Source: Deinococcus sp.
GTDB taxonomy: Bacteria; Deinococcota; Deinococci; Deinococcales; Deinococcaceae
Direction: 5' to 3'
Length of the DNA: 64,000 nucleotides
Assembly (NCBI GenBank): GCA_965261005.1
Contig: OZ253375.1
Coordinates: 2,272,001-2,336,000 of the forward strand
Shown here: in pieces, positions 52,707 to 62,381 of the stretch
Numbering within the stretch: the first letter of the stretch is position 1
Layout: every line of letters starts with the position of its first letter
Position numbers and translations under genes: made by a program
Notes under the pieces: generated by a model
What the model saw: only the letters and a program-made list of their open reading frames with translations
Told to the model about the DNA's origin: nothing
Database searches by the model: none

Positions 52707-53744
52707 TCAGCGTTGCTCGGTCGCCAGCTCGACCAGCCGCGTGACCAGCTCGGCGTAGGAAAGGCCGGCCGCCTCCCACAGCTTGGGGTACATGCTGGTC
52801 GGGGTGAAGCCCGGCATGGTGTTTACCTCGTTGAGGTACAGCTCCCCGCTCGCCTCCGCGTAGAAGAAGTCCACCCGCGCCAGGCCCGCGCAGTCGAGCG
52901 CCCTGAAGGCGGTGAGGGCCAGGTCGCGCGCCCGCTCGCTGACGGTTGATGGAATATTGGCCGGAATGTGCAGCTCGGCCTCGCCGGCGGTGTACTTGGC
53001 GCGGTAGTCGTAAAAGTCGCCGCCATACGTCAATTCGCCCACCAGGGAGCTGAGCGGGGCGTCGTTGCCCAGCACGCCGACCTCCAGCTCGCGCGGCTTA
53101 CCATGCGGCGTCATGGCCTCCAAAATGGCGCGGCGGTCGAGCGAAAAGGCCAGGTCAAGCGCGGCCGTCAATTCGTTCGCCTCGCGCACCTTGCTGACGC
53201 CCACGCTGGAGCCGAGGTTGGCCGGCTTCACGAACAGCGGGAAGCCGAGTTCGGCGGCGCGCGAAAGCACCTCCCCCGGCCGTTCCCGCCACTCGCGCCG
53301 GGTCGCCAGGCGCCACGCCACCTGCGGCACCCCGCAGGACGTCAGCACCTGCTTGGACATCACCTTGTCCATGCACAGGGCGCTGCCCAGCACCCCCGAG
53401 CCGACGAAGGGAATGCCCGCCAGCGTGAGGAGGCCCTGCACCGTGCCGTCCTCGCCCATCGGGCCGTGCAGCAGCGGAAAGACCACGTCGTAGTTGCCGG
53501 CCCGCGCCGCGCCGGCAAGGGCCAGCTCGCCGCCCGCGCCGTGTTCATCCGGTGGGGCCGCGCCCGCGTCCAGCGCCCGCAAGCTCTCGGCGGGCGGCAG
53601 CCACCTGCCCTCCTTGCTGACCACCAGCGGCGTGACCTCGAACCTGTCCGCCGGCAAGGCGCCCAGCACGCCGCGCGCGCTGGAGACGCTGACCTCGTGT
53701 TCCTCCGATTGGCCCCCCAGCAGCAGCAGCACCCGTTTCTTCAC
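52707..53744 (-). CDS. ddl: D-alanine--D-alanine ligase
   Basis: [44 protein letters not shown]. Confidence 0.96.
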   Translation of the reverse strand: MKKRVLLLLGGQSEEHEVSVSSARGVLGALPADRFEVTPLVVSKEGRWLPPAESLRALDAGAAPPDEHGAGGELALAGAARAGNYDVVFPLLHGPMGEDGTVQGLLTLAGIPFVGSGVLGSALCMDKVMSKQVLTSCGVPQVAWRLATRREWRERPGEVLSRAAELGFPLFVKPANLGSSVGVSKVREANELTAALDLAFSLDRRAILEAMTPHGKPRELEVGVLGNDAPLSSLVGELTYGGDFYDYRAKYTAGEAELHIPANIPSTVSERARDLALTAFRALDCAGLARVDFFYAEASGELYLNEVNTMPGFTPTSMYPKLWEAAGLSYAELVTRLVELATEQR

Positions 53745-53932
53745 GCCGGGCAGTATGGCACGGGAACGCCGCGAGGGCCGGCGCGCATACATTTGCACCC
53801 ACCTCCCCGCGTTGCTACACTCGGCCAATACTTTTGTCCCGGATGAGGTCCAGTTCAAGCGTTCTTAAAAAGTTTTCTATCGTTCGTCCCACTCACAGCC
53901 CCATTCTCAGCCTCACTCACAGGAGAAAACAC

Positions 53933-55666
53933 ATGCTCAAACGCTCGTTGCTGCTCACAAGCGCCCTGCTCGGCGCCTCCCTGGCCGGCGCCCAGGTCAA
54001 GAACCCCGACACCTTTGTCAAGGCGGTGGCCGGCGACTGGACCAGCTTCGACCCGGTCGCCTGCTACGACCTGGTCTGCGGCGAAATCTTGCAGAACACG
54101 CTCGACACGCTCTTTTTCTACGACGGCAACAGCCCCAGCAAGCTGGTGCCGCAACTGGCCGCCGCCATTCCGACCAGGCAGAATGGCGGCGTTAGCGCGG
54201 ACGGCAAGACCTACACCGTCAAGCTGCGCCCCGGCCTCAAGTTCCAGGACGGCACGCCGCTGACCGCGCAGGACGTCAAGTACTCCATCGAGCGCATGAT
54301 GGTCGCCTCCAGCGACTCGGGCGCCGCCGTCCTGATCAACGAGCCGCTGCTGGGCCTGGCCGACAACGTCACCAAAGACGGCAAGGTCACCTTCGCCGAC
54401 ATCGACAAGGCGGTGGAGGCGCGCGGCGCCGACACGGTGGTCTTTCACCTGGCCAAGCCGTTCGCGCCCTTTCTGAACATTCTGGCGACCTCGTTTTACG
54501 GCATCTACGCCAAGGCGGACGCCGTGAAGGCGGGCGAGTGGGGCGGGACGGCAACCGATTGGCAGAAGTTCAACTCCCCCAAGGACGAGGACAGCAAGTT
54601 CCTGCGCCGGGTGCCGCTCGGGAGCGGCCCCTTCACCCTGGAGCGCTACGACGTGGGCAAGAACGTGATCCTGAGGCGCAACGACAACTACTGGCGCAAG
54701 CCGGCCGCGCTGTCGCGGGTGATCTTGCAGTCGGTGGACGACGACACCACCCGGCTTCAGATGCTGCGGGTCGGCGACGCCGACGCCATCGACTTCACCC
54801 GCGCGATGGTGCCGCAGATCGCGCAGATGCCCGGCGTCACGCTGCTGGATAACCAGCCCAACCTCGGCCTGAACGGCCTGTTCCTCAACCAGCAGATAGA
54901 CGGCAGCGGCACCGACTACCTGGGCAGCGGCAAGCTGGACGGCCAAGGCGTTCCGGCCAACTTCTTTTCCGACGTGAACGTGCGCAAGGCTTTCGCGTAC
55001 AGCTTCGATTACGCGGCTTTGATTGACGACGTTTTGCAGGGCAAGGCGGTGCAGACCAACACCGCCAGCATCAAGGGCGTGCCGGGCTACAGCGACCTCG
55101 CCCCCAAGTACAAGCTCGACAAGGACGTGGCGACCAAGTACTTCAAGGCGGCCTGGGGCGGCAAGCTGTGGCAAAACGGCTTCACGCTGCCGGTGATCTA
55201 CAACAGCGGCAGCACCACCCGTCAGAAAATTCTGGAGATTCTCAAGCGTGACATCGAGAGCTTGAATCCCAAGTTCAAGATCGACGTGCGCGAGGTGCCG
55301 ACCTCGCAGCTCTTTAAGCTGCGCCGGGGCGGCCAGATCACGGCCTGGGTGGGCAACTGGACCATGGACTACGCTGACCCGCACAACCTGGCCTTTCCCT
55401 TCTACGCCTCGCAGGGTACCTTCGGCGCCCAGCAGCACAACAAGAACGCGCAGCTCGACGCCCTGATCGCGCGGGCGGTCGCCGAGACCGATTCGGCCGC
55501 GCGGCTGAAGCTTTACAACACCGTCAACCGCCTCGGCTTCGACAACGCGGTGGGCATCCCGCTGTACCAAAGCGTGGACGTGTACGCCCAGCGCGACTGG
55601 GTGAAGGGCCGCTTGATGAATCCCATCACCGCCGGCGATTACTTTTACGCCATCAGCAAACGGTGA
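53933..55666 (+). CDS. Peptide ABC transporter substrate-binding protein 1 (DppA/OppA family 5)
   Basis: Signal peptide, FDP, LKFQDGTPLTAQDVKYS, GSGPF, DYADP; AGGAG RBS. Confidence 0.92.
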   Translation: MLKRSLLLTSALLGASLAGAQVKNPDTFVKAVAGDWTSFDPVACYDLVCGEILQNTLDTLFFYDGNSPSKLVPQLAAAIPTRQNGGVSADGKTYTVKLRPGLKFQDGTPLTAQDVKYSIERMMVASSDSGAAVLINEPLLGLADNVTKDGKVTFADIDKAVEARGADTVVFHLAKPFAPFLNILATSFYGIYAKADAVKAGEWGGTATDWQKFNSPKDEDSKFLRRVPLGSGPFTLERYDVGKNVILRRNDNYWRKPAALSRVILQSVDDDTTRLQMLRVGDADAIDFTRAMVPQIAQMPGVTLLDNQPNLGLNGLFLNQQIDGSGTDYLGSGKLDGQGVPANFFSDVNVRKAFAYSFDYAALIDDVLQGKAVQTNTASIKGVPGYSDLAPKYKLDKDVATKYFKAAWGGKLWQNGFTLPVIYNSGSTTRQKILEILKRDIESLNPKFKIDVREVPTSQLFKLRRGGQITAWVGNWTMDYADPHNLAFPFYASQGTFGAQQHNKNAQLDALIARAVAETDSAARLKLYNTVNRLGFDNAVGIPLYQSVDVYAQRDWVKGRLMNPITAGDYFYAISKR

Positions 55667-57032
55667 CCTACCAACGGGTGAACCTGTTGGCTTTTCAGGC
55701 AACGCTTGCGGTGTGCGCTACGTTGACGCCTGACGGGCAAGCCCTGCCCAGAATGTTCCTCGCCGCGTTCAAATCCGCGTTCTCCGCATGACCGCACTGC
55801 TGGCACACAAAACGCGATTGGCTGAGCCTGTTCGCCTTCTCTGTGTGCCCGCACTTGTTGCAGGCTTGCGAGGTGAAACGCGGGTCTACGGTGATGACTC
55901 GACGCCCAGCGTTCGCAGCTTTGGCGGCAAGCAGAAAAAAGAACTGGCCCCAACCGACGTCGTGGATGCTGCGGGCCAGACGGCCCCGCCCCATCCCGCC
56001 GACGTTCAGGGCTTCGTGCGCGATCAAGTCGTTCTCTCGTACCAACTTGGCCGCTGCCTTGTGGTGGAAGTCCAGCCGTTGCTGACTCACCTTGCGATGA
56101 ATCTTCGCGGCCCGCTGGACAGCCTTTCGTCTGCCGTTGCTCCGCTTGTTCGGCTTGCGGCTGACCGCTCGCTGAGCAATGCGGAGCTTCTTCATGCTGG
56201 CCTGAAAGTACCGGGGGTTTTCCTGAAACTCCCCATCGGAGGTGACGTAGAACCATGTCGTTCCAACGTCCACCCCCACCGCGTTCCCGCTTGTGGGGAG
56301 CGGCTGCGCCTCCACTTCGCAGGCGTAGGACACGTACCACTGCCCGCACGTCCGCCGGATGGTCGCTGTCTTAATTTTGCCTTCTACCGGGCGGTGAAGC
56401 TTGATGCGAATGTTGCCGATTTTCGAGAAGTACGCCGTGCGCGAAGGGACGCTGAAGCCAAGCTGCGGGTAGGTGAACGAGTCGTAGCGGTCGCGGCCCT
56501 GAAAGCGTGGGTAGCCCGGCATCGAGCCTTGCTTCAACCGGCGAAAGAACGCCTGAAACGCCCTGTCCAGCCGCTTCAACACATCTTGCAGCACTTGGCT
56601 GTACACGCCCTTGTATTCGGGCAAGTCCGCCTTGATCTGCCTGAGGTGCTTCATCTGGCCGAAGCCCGTGATGCTCACCCCGCACTTGCGGTAGGCGTCC
56701 CGGCGTTCTTGCAGGGCCGCGTTGTAGAGAGTACGGCAGAGTCGCAACTGTTCGTTCAGCGCGACCTCCTGCGCTTTCGTCGGATACAGGCGGTATTTGA
56801 AGGTTTTGAGATGCGTGCTAGCTTGAATTTGCATTCACCCCCTTCTGGGTGCTTGCCATTCCTCGCGCCTGACTCCCCAGAAAGGCGGCGGGGGATTGCT
56901 CTTGCAGTCTACCACCACGGGGCAGTGCTTTCGATTTGGCGCTCAGCATCAGCACCGCCTCACTTCGTTCCGCCTGGGGCTATCCATCCCATGGCTAAAG
57001 CCGCTGGGCTTTCCGTCCCAGACCCCTTTTCT
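55663..57032 (-). mobile_element. TnpB-only IS200/IS605-family element (IS1341-like), 1370 bp
   Basis: Minus strand: TTTAC target, then left end with AAAG + CCCAGCGGC-TTTA-GCCATGGG hairpin; right-end hairpin CCAACAGG-TTCA-CCCGTTGG ending in TCAC; no tnpA. Confidence 0.88.
55695..56834 (-). CDS. tnpB: RNA-guided nuclease TnpB
   Basis: FKYRLYPT, RuvC D (GVDVG), E (AHEAL), D (NADLNAARNI), zinc finger CNKC/CQQC. Confidence 0.95.
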   Translation of the reverse strand: MQIQASTHLKTFKYRLYPTKAQEVALNEQLRLCRTLYNAALQERRDAYRKCGVSITGFGQMKHLRQIKADLPEYKGVYSQVLQDVLKRLDRAFQAFFRRLKQGSMPGYPRFQGRDRYDSFTYPQLGFSVPSRTAYFSKIGNIRIKLHRPVEGKIKTATIRRTCGQWYVSYACEVEAQPLPTSGNAVGVDVGTTWFYVTSDGEFQENPRYFQASMKKLRIAQRAVSRKPNKRSNGRRKAVQRAAKIHRKVSQQRLDFHHKAAAKLVRENDLIAHEALNVGGMGRGRLARSIHDVGWGQFFFLLAAKAANAGRRVITVDPRFTSQACNKCGHTEKANRLSQSRFVCQQCGHAENADLNAARNILGRACPSGVNVAHTASVA

Positions 57033-57065
57033 GTAAAGGCCACAGATGGTAAAGGGCGCGCCGGT

Positions 57066-57104
57066 AAACCCTGAGCATGACAGAATGCTCGGGGTTTGCT
57101 TCTC
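57066..57104 (+). terminator. Probable original terminator of SBP1, displaced by the IS
   Basis: AAACCCTGAGCAT-GACAGA-ATGCTCGGGGTTT hairpin about 30 nt after the reconstructed TAA. Confidence 0.65.
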
Positions 57105-57203
57105 ATGTGTGGAAAACTCTAGAATACCCACCTCTGGACGACCAAGGCTGTACTAAAAAGACTTGACAAGCTGTTAGGCGTCCACGAACCAAGGAGTAGA
57201 AGC

Positions 57204-58931
57204 ATGAAGCGAAGCGTTTTGTTGACCAGCTTGCTGCTGGGGGCCGGGTTGGCCTCGGCGCAGATGAAGAACCCCGACACCCTCTCGGTCGTGACCCTGG
57301 GCGATTGGGGCAGCGGCTTTGACCCGGCCTACTGTTACGACACGGCCTGCGGCAACGTGCTGACCAACACCCTGGAGGGCCTCTACGGCTACGAGGGGAA
57401 CGACGCCACCAAGGTGGTGCCCCTGCTGGCGGCCGGTATGCCCAAGGTCACGAACGGCGGCAAGACCTACAGCGTGACCCTCAAGAAGGGCCTCAAGTTC
57501 AGCGACGGCACCCCCGTGACCGCGCAGGATGTGGCCTACAGCTTGCAGCGCGTCATGGTGTACTCCACCGACGTGGGCGCCGCCGGGCTGCTCAACGAGC
57601 CGCTGCTCGGCAGCGCCGCGCAGGTGACGGGGAACGACGCGGGCGCCTGGGCCAAGATCAGCGGCTCGGTGCAGGCCAAGGGGACCGACACGGTCGTGTT
57701 CAACCTCGCCAAGCCGTTTTCGCCCTTTCCTTCCGTGCTGGCCTTTCCGAGCTTTGGCGTCGTGAGCAAGGCGGCGGCCGTCAAGGCGGGCGACTGGAGC
57801 GGCAGCGAAAAGGACTGGAAGAGCTTTAACAACCTCGCGGCGGCCAGCAGCAAGTTCGTGAACACCGGCATGGTCGGCACCGCCCCCTTCACCCTGGAGC
57901 GCTACGACCCCGGCAAGAGCGTGGTCCTGAAGCGCAACGACAACTACTGGCGCGCCCCGGCCAAGCTGTCGCGCGTGATCATTCAGTCCACCGCCGACGA
58001 CACCACCCGGCTTCAGCTGCTGCGCACCGGCGACGCCGACATGGCCGAGCGCAACGCGGTGCCCAACGCCCTGCTCGCGCAGGCGGCGCAGCTGCCGAAC
58101 GTCGTGGTCAAGAAGATCCCCTCGCTGGGCCTGTACGGCTTTTTCATGACCGAAAAGCTCGACCCGACCGGCACCGACTATCTGGGCAGCGGCAAGCTGG
58201 ACGGCAAGGGCATTCCGGCCAACTTTTTCTCGGACGTGAATGTGCGCAAGGGCTTCGCGTACAGCTTCGACTACGCGGGCTTCCTCAAGGACGTGATGCA
58301 GGGCAACGCCTCGCAGCAGAACACCGTGAACATCGCCGGCCTGCTGGGCGAGAGCGCGAACGGCTCTCAGTACAAGCTCGACAAGAACATCGCCACTGCC
58401 GCCTTCGAAAAGGCCTTTGGCGGCGACGTGTGGAAGAACGGCTTTACGGTCGTGGGCTTTTACAACAGCGGCAACTCCACCCGCCAGCGCGGCCTCGACA
58501 TCCTGGCCAAGAACCTCGCCAGCATCAACCCCAAGTTCAACCTTCAGGTGCGCGAGCTGCCCTTTTCGCAGTACCTCGCCCAGTCCGCCGCGCACAAAAT
58601 CCCGGTGTGGATGGGCGGCTGGGGCGCCGACTACGCCGACCCGCACAACTTCGCCCAGCCGTTCCTCGCTTCCGAGGGCAACTACCCCGTCAACATGGTG
58701 TACAAGAACGCCACGCTGGACAAGCTGATCGCGCAGGCGGTCGAGGAGACCAACACCGCCAAGCGCGCCGCCCTGTACCAACAGATCGCCAAGATCGGCT
58801 TTCAGGACGTGCCGGTGATCGCGGTGTACCAGCCCAAGGACTCTTTCGTGACCCACAGCTGGGTCAAGGGGCAGGTCTTCAACCCGATCTACTCCTCGGA
58901 CTACTACTACCCGATGTCCAAGCAGCAGTAA
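57204..58931 (+). CDS. Peptide ABC transporter substrate-binding protein 2
   Basis: Clear paralogue of SBP1 (shared GTDYLGSGKLDG, PANFFSDVNVRK). Confidence 0.92.
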   Translation: MKRSVLLTSLLLGAGLASAQMKNPDTLSVVTLGDWGSGFDPAYCYDTACGNVLTNTLEGLYGYEGNDATKVVPLLAAGMPKVTNGGKTYSVTLKKGLKFSDGTPVTAQDVAYSLQRVMVYSTDVGAAGLLNEPLLGSAAQVTGNDAGAWAKISGSVQAKGTDTVVFNLAKPFSPFPSVLAFPSFGVVSKAAAVKAGDWSGSEKDWKSFNNLAAASSKFVNTGMVGTAPFTLERYDPGKSVVLKRNDNYWRAPAKLSRVIIQSTADDTTRLQLLRTGDADMAERNAVPNALLAQAAQLPNVVVKKIPSLGLYGFFMTEKLDPTGTDYLGSGKLDGKGIPANFFSDVNVRKGFAYSFDYAGFLKDVMQGNASQQNTVNIAGLLGESANGSQYKLDKNIATAAFEKAFGGDVWKNGFTVVGFYNSGNSTRQRGLDILAKNLASINPKFNLQVRELPFSQYLAQSAAHKIPVWMGGWGADYADPHNFAQPFLASEGNYPVNMVYKNATLDKLIAQAVEETNTAKRAALYQQIAKIGFQDVPVIAVYQPKDSFVTHSWVKGQVFNPIYSSDYYYPMSKQQ

Positions 58932-59031
58932 GTCAAGCAGCAGTGAGTTAAGACAGATCCAAGGACCTCGCCGCCGAGCCAAGGGATGGACGCTCGGCGG
59001 CGCCTATGCTTAGGTTGGGTCGAGGTGAGAC

Positions 59032-60054
59032 GTGTTCAACTTTATCGTGCGGCGGACCTTGCAATTGCCGTTGGTGCTGCTGGGCGTTTCGATTCTGATT
59101 TTCGGGATTCAGCAGTTCATTCCGCCCGACGTGCGGGCCACGGCCTACATCACCAACGAAAAGCAGCTCAACCAACTGCCGTCCATCGTGGCGAAGTACG
59201 GCCTGGACAAGGACCCCTTCACGCAGTACTGGATCTGGCTGAAGAACGTGGTGCAGGGCAACTTCGGCTGGTCCAACGCCGCCCGGCAGCCGGTCTTGCA
59301 GGCCATCTCGGACCGTTTGCCGGCCACGCTGGAGCTGGCCTTGTTCGCCATTCTGCCCATCATCGTGTTCGGCCTAGTCTTCGGCGTTGTGGCCGGCGTG
59401 CGGCGCAACACCTTCGTGGACCAGTTCATCCGGGTGTTCTCCATTTTTACCTACTCGCTGCCCACCTTTGTGGTCGGCATCTTTCTGCTGGCCTACTTTT
59501 ATGGGTGGCTTCAGCTGTTCGAGCCGGGCCGCTACAACACCCTGCTGACGCTGACCCAGGGCCTCAGCAGCCAGGACCTCAACGGCTTTCTGTTTTTCCG
59601 GGCGCTCTTTACCGGGAACTGGACCTTGCTCGGGGACCTCGCGCGGCACCTGGTCTTGCCGGTGGTGACGCTGATGGTGGTTCTGTCGGCCAGCCTGACC
59701 CAGATCGTGCGCTCGAACGTGATCGAGCAGCTGCGCCAAGACTACGTGCGCACCGCCCGTGCCAAGGGGCTGGCCGGTCGCTCGGTGGTCTACAAGCACA
59801 CCCTGCGCAACGCCCTGATCCCGATTATCACCGTGATCGGCTCGCTGCTGTTCGGCCTGGTCAGCGGCGTGGTCATCACCGAGACCGTCTTTAATTACCC
59901 CGGCGTGGGCAACTGGGCCGCGCAGGCGGCGCAGATCAACGACACCTCGGGCATTCTGGGCTTCGCCCTCTTCTCGGCGCTGGCGGTCGCCGTGATCAAC
60001 CTGATCGTGGACGTGCTGTACGGCGTGATCGATCCCCGCGTGAGGTACGACTGA
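59032..60054 (+). CDS. Peptide ABC permease (DppB/OppB-like)
   Basis: YGLDK, LPATLEL, DYVRTARAKGL, HTLRNALIP. Confidence 0.92.
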   Translation: MFNFIVRRTLQLPLVLLGVSILIFGIQQFIPPDVRATAYITNEKQLNQLPSIVAKYGLDKDPFTQYWIWLKNVVQGNFGWSNAARQPVLQAISDRLPATLELALFAILPIIVFGLVFGVVAGVRRNTFVDQFIRVFSIFTYSLPTFVVGIFLLAYFYGWLQLFEPGRYNTLLTLTQGLSSQDLNGFLFFRALFTGNWTLLGDLARHLVLPVVTLMVVLSASLTQIVRSNVIEQLRQDYVRTARAKGLAGRSVVYKHTLRNALIPIITVIGSLLFGLVSGVVITETVFNYPGVGNWAAQAAQINDTSGILGFALFSALAVAVINLIVDVLYGVIDPRVRYD

Positions 60055-60977
60055 TGGCGATCTCGACCCTTCCCGAACGCGCGAAACCCAGCGGCGGCTT
60101 TTTTCAAAGTCCGGTGTGGCGCCGCTTTCGCCGCAACCCGCTGGGCGTGATCGGCCTCGGCGTGATCGTGCTGTTCGCCTTGGTGGCGGTGTTCGCGCCG
60201 CTGATCGCGCCGGCCCCGGCCACCAACTTCGGCACGACGCTGGGCATTCCCAACCGCATGTTGCAAGACGGCTACTCGCCCATTCCCGTGTTGCCCAGCG
60301 CCCAGCATCCTCTTGGGTTGGCGCAGGACGGTTACGACATCCTGTTCGGCTTGGTGTGGGGCACCCGCAGCGCCTTTTTGGTGGGCCTGCTGGTCACCGG
60401 CATCAGCGTGCTGATCGGCGTGACCGTCGGCCTGTTGGCCGGCTACTACGGCAAGTGGGTGGACAGCCTGCTGATGCGCGTGACCGACGTGGTGTACGCC
60501 TTTCCGACCTTGGTGCTGCTGATCACCATCGTGGTGGTGCTGGGCCGCAGCCTGACCAGCATTATCGTCGCGGTGGCCGTGCTCGGCTGGGCCAGCTACG
60601 CGCGTCTGATTCGCAGCGAGGTGCTCAAGGTCAAGCGGCTGGAGTACGTGGAGTCGGCGCGCTCGCTGGGCGCCCCCAACGCGCGCATCGTGCTGCGGCA
60701 CGTGCTGCCCAACAGCCTCACCTCGGTCCTGACCCAGGTCAGCCTGGACATCGGCTCGGTGGTCGTGGTCTTCGCCTCGCTCTCGTTTTTGGGCGTGGGC
60801 GCCCCGACCGGCTTTCCCGATTGGGGCCAACTCATCAACTTGTCGCGCAACTGGATCACCCAGCCGCAGTACTGGTTCACCTACGTCTATCCCGGCGTGA
60901 CCCTGGTCCTGTTCGGCGTCGCTTGGAACCTGCTGGCGGACGCCATCCGCGAGGCGACCGATCCACGCGGCGGCTGA
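60054..60977 (+). CDS. Peptide ABC permease (DppC/OppC-like)
   Basis: HPLG, EYVESARSLGA, RHVLPN, LSFLG. Confidence 0.92.
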   Translation: MAISTLPERAKPSGGFFQSPVWRRFRRNPLGVIGLGVIVLFALVAVFAPLIAPAPATNFGTTLGIPNRMLQDGYSPIPVLPSAQHPLGLAQDGYDILFGLVWGTRSAFLVGLLVTGISVLIGVTVGLLAGYYGKWVDSLLMRVTDVVYAFPTLVLLITIVVVLGRSLTSIIVAVAVLGWASYARLIRSEVLKVKRLEYVESARSLGAPNARIVLRHVLPNSLTSVLTQVSLDIGSVVVVFASLSFLGVGAPTGFPDWGQLINLSRNWITQPQYWFTYVYPGVTLVLFGVAWNLLADAIREATDPRGG

Positions 60978-61001
60978 ACGTTTATTCCTCCGCACCGCCT
61001 T

Positions 61002-61043
61002 GTCAAATTGGCATGGTCAAATTGGCCTCACCAAATTGGTCCG
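61002..61043. repeat. Three 14-bp-period direct repeats with core CAAATTGG
   Basis: GTCAAATTGGCATG GTCAAATTGGCCTC ACCAAATTGGTCCG. Confidence 0.8.
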
Positions 61044-61084
61044 GCGGCACATCCCGCCCATACTCGGCGCCCCAAAATATAGGG

Positions 61085-62326
61085 GTGAACAAAAGTCGCC
61101 TCGCCGCGCTGACCACGGCCGCCCTGCTCTCGTTCGCCGGCGCCGCCTCGCCCGCCCAGACCGTCTTCGACCAGGTGGCCCGGCTGCTGCAAACCCGCTA
61201 CGGCGGCTTGAGCACCGTGGACCGCGCGAACTTGGTGGCGCAGTATCAGGCCAAGCTCACCACGGCCTGCGCGAGCGACCTGGAAGGCTGCAAGGCGGAC
61301 GTGGCCTACCCCCTCTTGGAGCAGGAGGTGGCCGACTTAAAGGACGCCCACAGCTTCTTCGAGAAGCCCGAGTCCTACGACGACTTCAAGGCCCGCCAAA
61401 GCGGCGCGGCCCGCCTTCAGTACGGCATCAAGCTGGGCAACCTCGACGGCGGCGACCAGGTGATCACCGGCGTGATTCCCGGCAGCGCCGCCTTTGACGC
61501 GGGCCTCAGGCGCGGCGACCGCCTGGTGAGCATAGACGGGCAGAAGTACTCCTACGACGCCCTGCGGGCCAGCCGCGCCAAGGGGACCCCCATCGCGCTG
61601 GGCGTCAAGCGCGGCGACCAAAGCTTGACCGTCCGCCTTCAGGCGCGCGAAAGCTCGTCGAGCGACTTGCCCAGCATCAGCTACGTCGGCGACCTGGGCG
61701 TGCTGAACATTCCCAGCTTTTTGTCGGGCGGCGAGGTGGCCCAGCGGGTTCACGACCTGGTGCGCGAGGCGCAGAACAAGGGGACGCGCGGCCTGCTGGT
61801 GGATTTGCGCGATGACCCCGGCGGCGACCTGGGCGAGTGCGACCTCTCGATCTCGGCCTTTGTGCCCTCCTTTACGCGGGTGGCGCGCAGCGCGAACGGC
61901 GACTCGCCCAGCGTGGTGACCAGCGGCCTGATTCGCAACGGGCGCAACGTGTTCCAGGGCGTGAACAACCCGGCTTTCTGGAACGGGCCGCTGTCGGTGC
62001 TGGTCAACAAAAGCTCGGCGTCGTGCAGCGAGTTCTTCGCGCGCGAAATCCAATTCGCGAAGCGCGGCCAGATCATCGGCGAGCCGACCGCCGGCGTGGG
62101 CAACACCGCGACCATCGTGTTTCCCCTCGACGGGGACGCCGCCCTTCAGCTCACGACCACCCACTACGTCAAGCCGGACGGCACCCCCTACGCCGAGCGC
62201 GTGACCCCGGACGTCGCCTTTACCGACGACTTGGAGCAGCTGGGACGCGGCCAGGACGTGCTGCTGGAAAAGGCGCTGGCAGTACTCAAGTCCGAGATCG
62301 TGGCGGCGCCGGCGGCGGGGCAGTAA
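61085..62326 (+). CDS. S41 family peptidase with PDZ domain
   Basis: Signal peptide, DAHS, PDZ AGLRRGD, DLRDDPGG, SASCSE, GEPTAG. Confidence 0.88.
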   Translation: MNKSRLAALTTAALLSFAGAASPAQTVFDQVARLLQTRYGGLSTVDRANLVAQYQAKLTTACASDLEGCKADVAYPLLEQEVADLKDAHSFFEKPESYDDFKARQSGAARLQYGIKLGNLDGGDQVITGVIPGSAAFDAGLRRGDRLVSIDGQKYSYDALRASRAKGTPIALGVKRGDQSLTVRLQARESSSSDLPSISYVGDLGVLNIPSFLSGGEVAQRVHDLVREAQNKGTRGLLVDLRDDPGGDLGECDLSISAFVPSFTRVARSANGDSPSVVTSGLIRNGRNVFQGVNNPAFWNGPLSVLVNKSSASCSEFFAREIQFAKRGQIIGEPTAGVGNTATIVFPLDGDAALQLTTTHYVKPDGTPYAERVTPDVAFTDDLEQLGRGQDVLLEKALAVLKSEIVAAPAAGQ

Positions 62327-62339
62327 GCAGGGCGGAGGG

Positions 62340-62366
62340 AAAGGGCGGCCCCGGGGCCGCCCTTTT
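62340..62366 (+). terminator. Intrinsic terminator
   Basis: AAAGGGCGGCC-CCGG-GGCCGCCCTTTT. Confidence 0.85.
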
Positions 62367-62381
62367 GCCATACTGCCCGGC

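Noticed and set aside
55695..56834. TnpB as a nuclease-dead TldR repressor of the neighbouring opp/dpp genes
   Set aside because: All three RuvC acidic residues and both IS ends are intact, the guide is simply the flanking sequence, and I saw no TAM-adjacent match in a promoter
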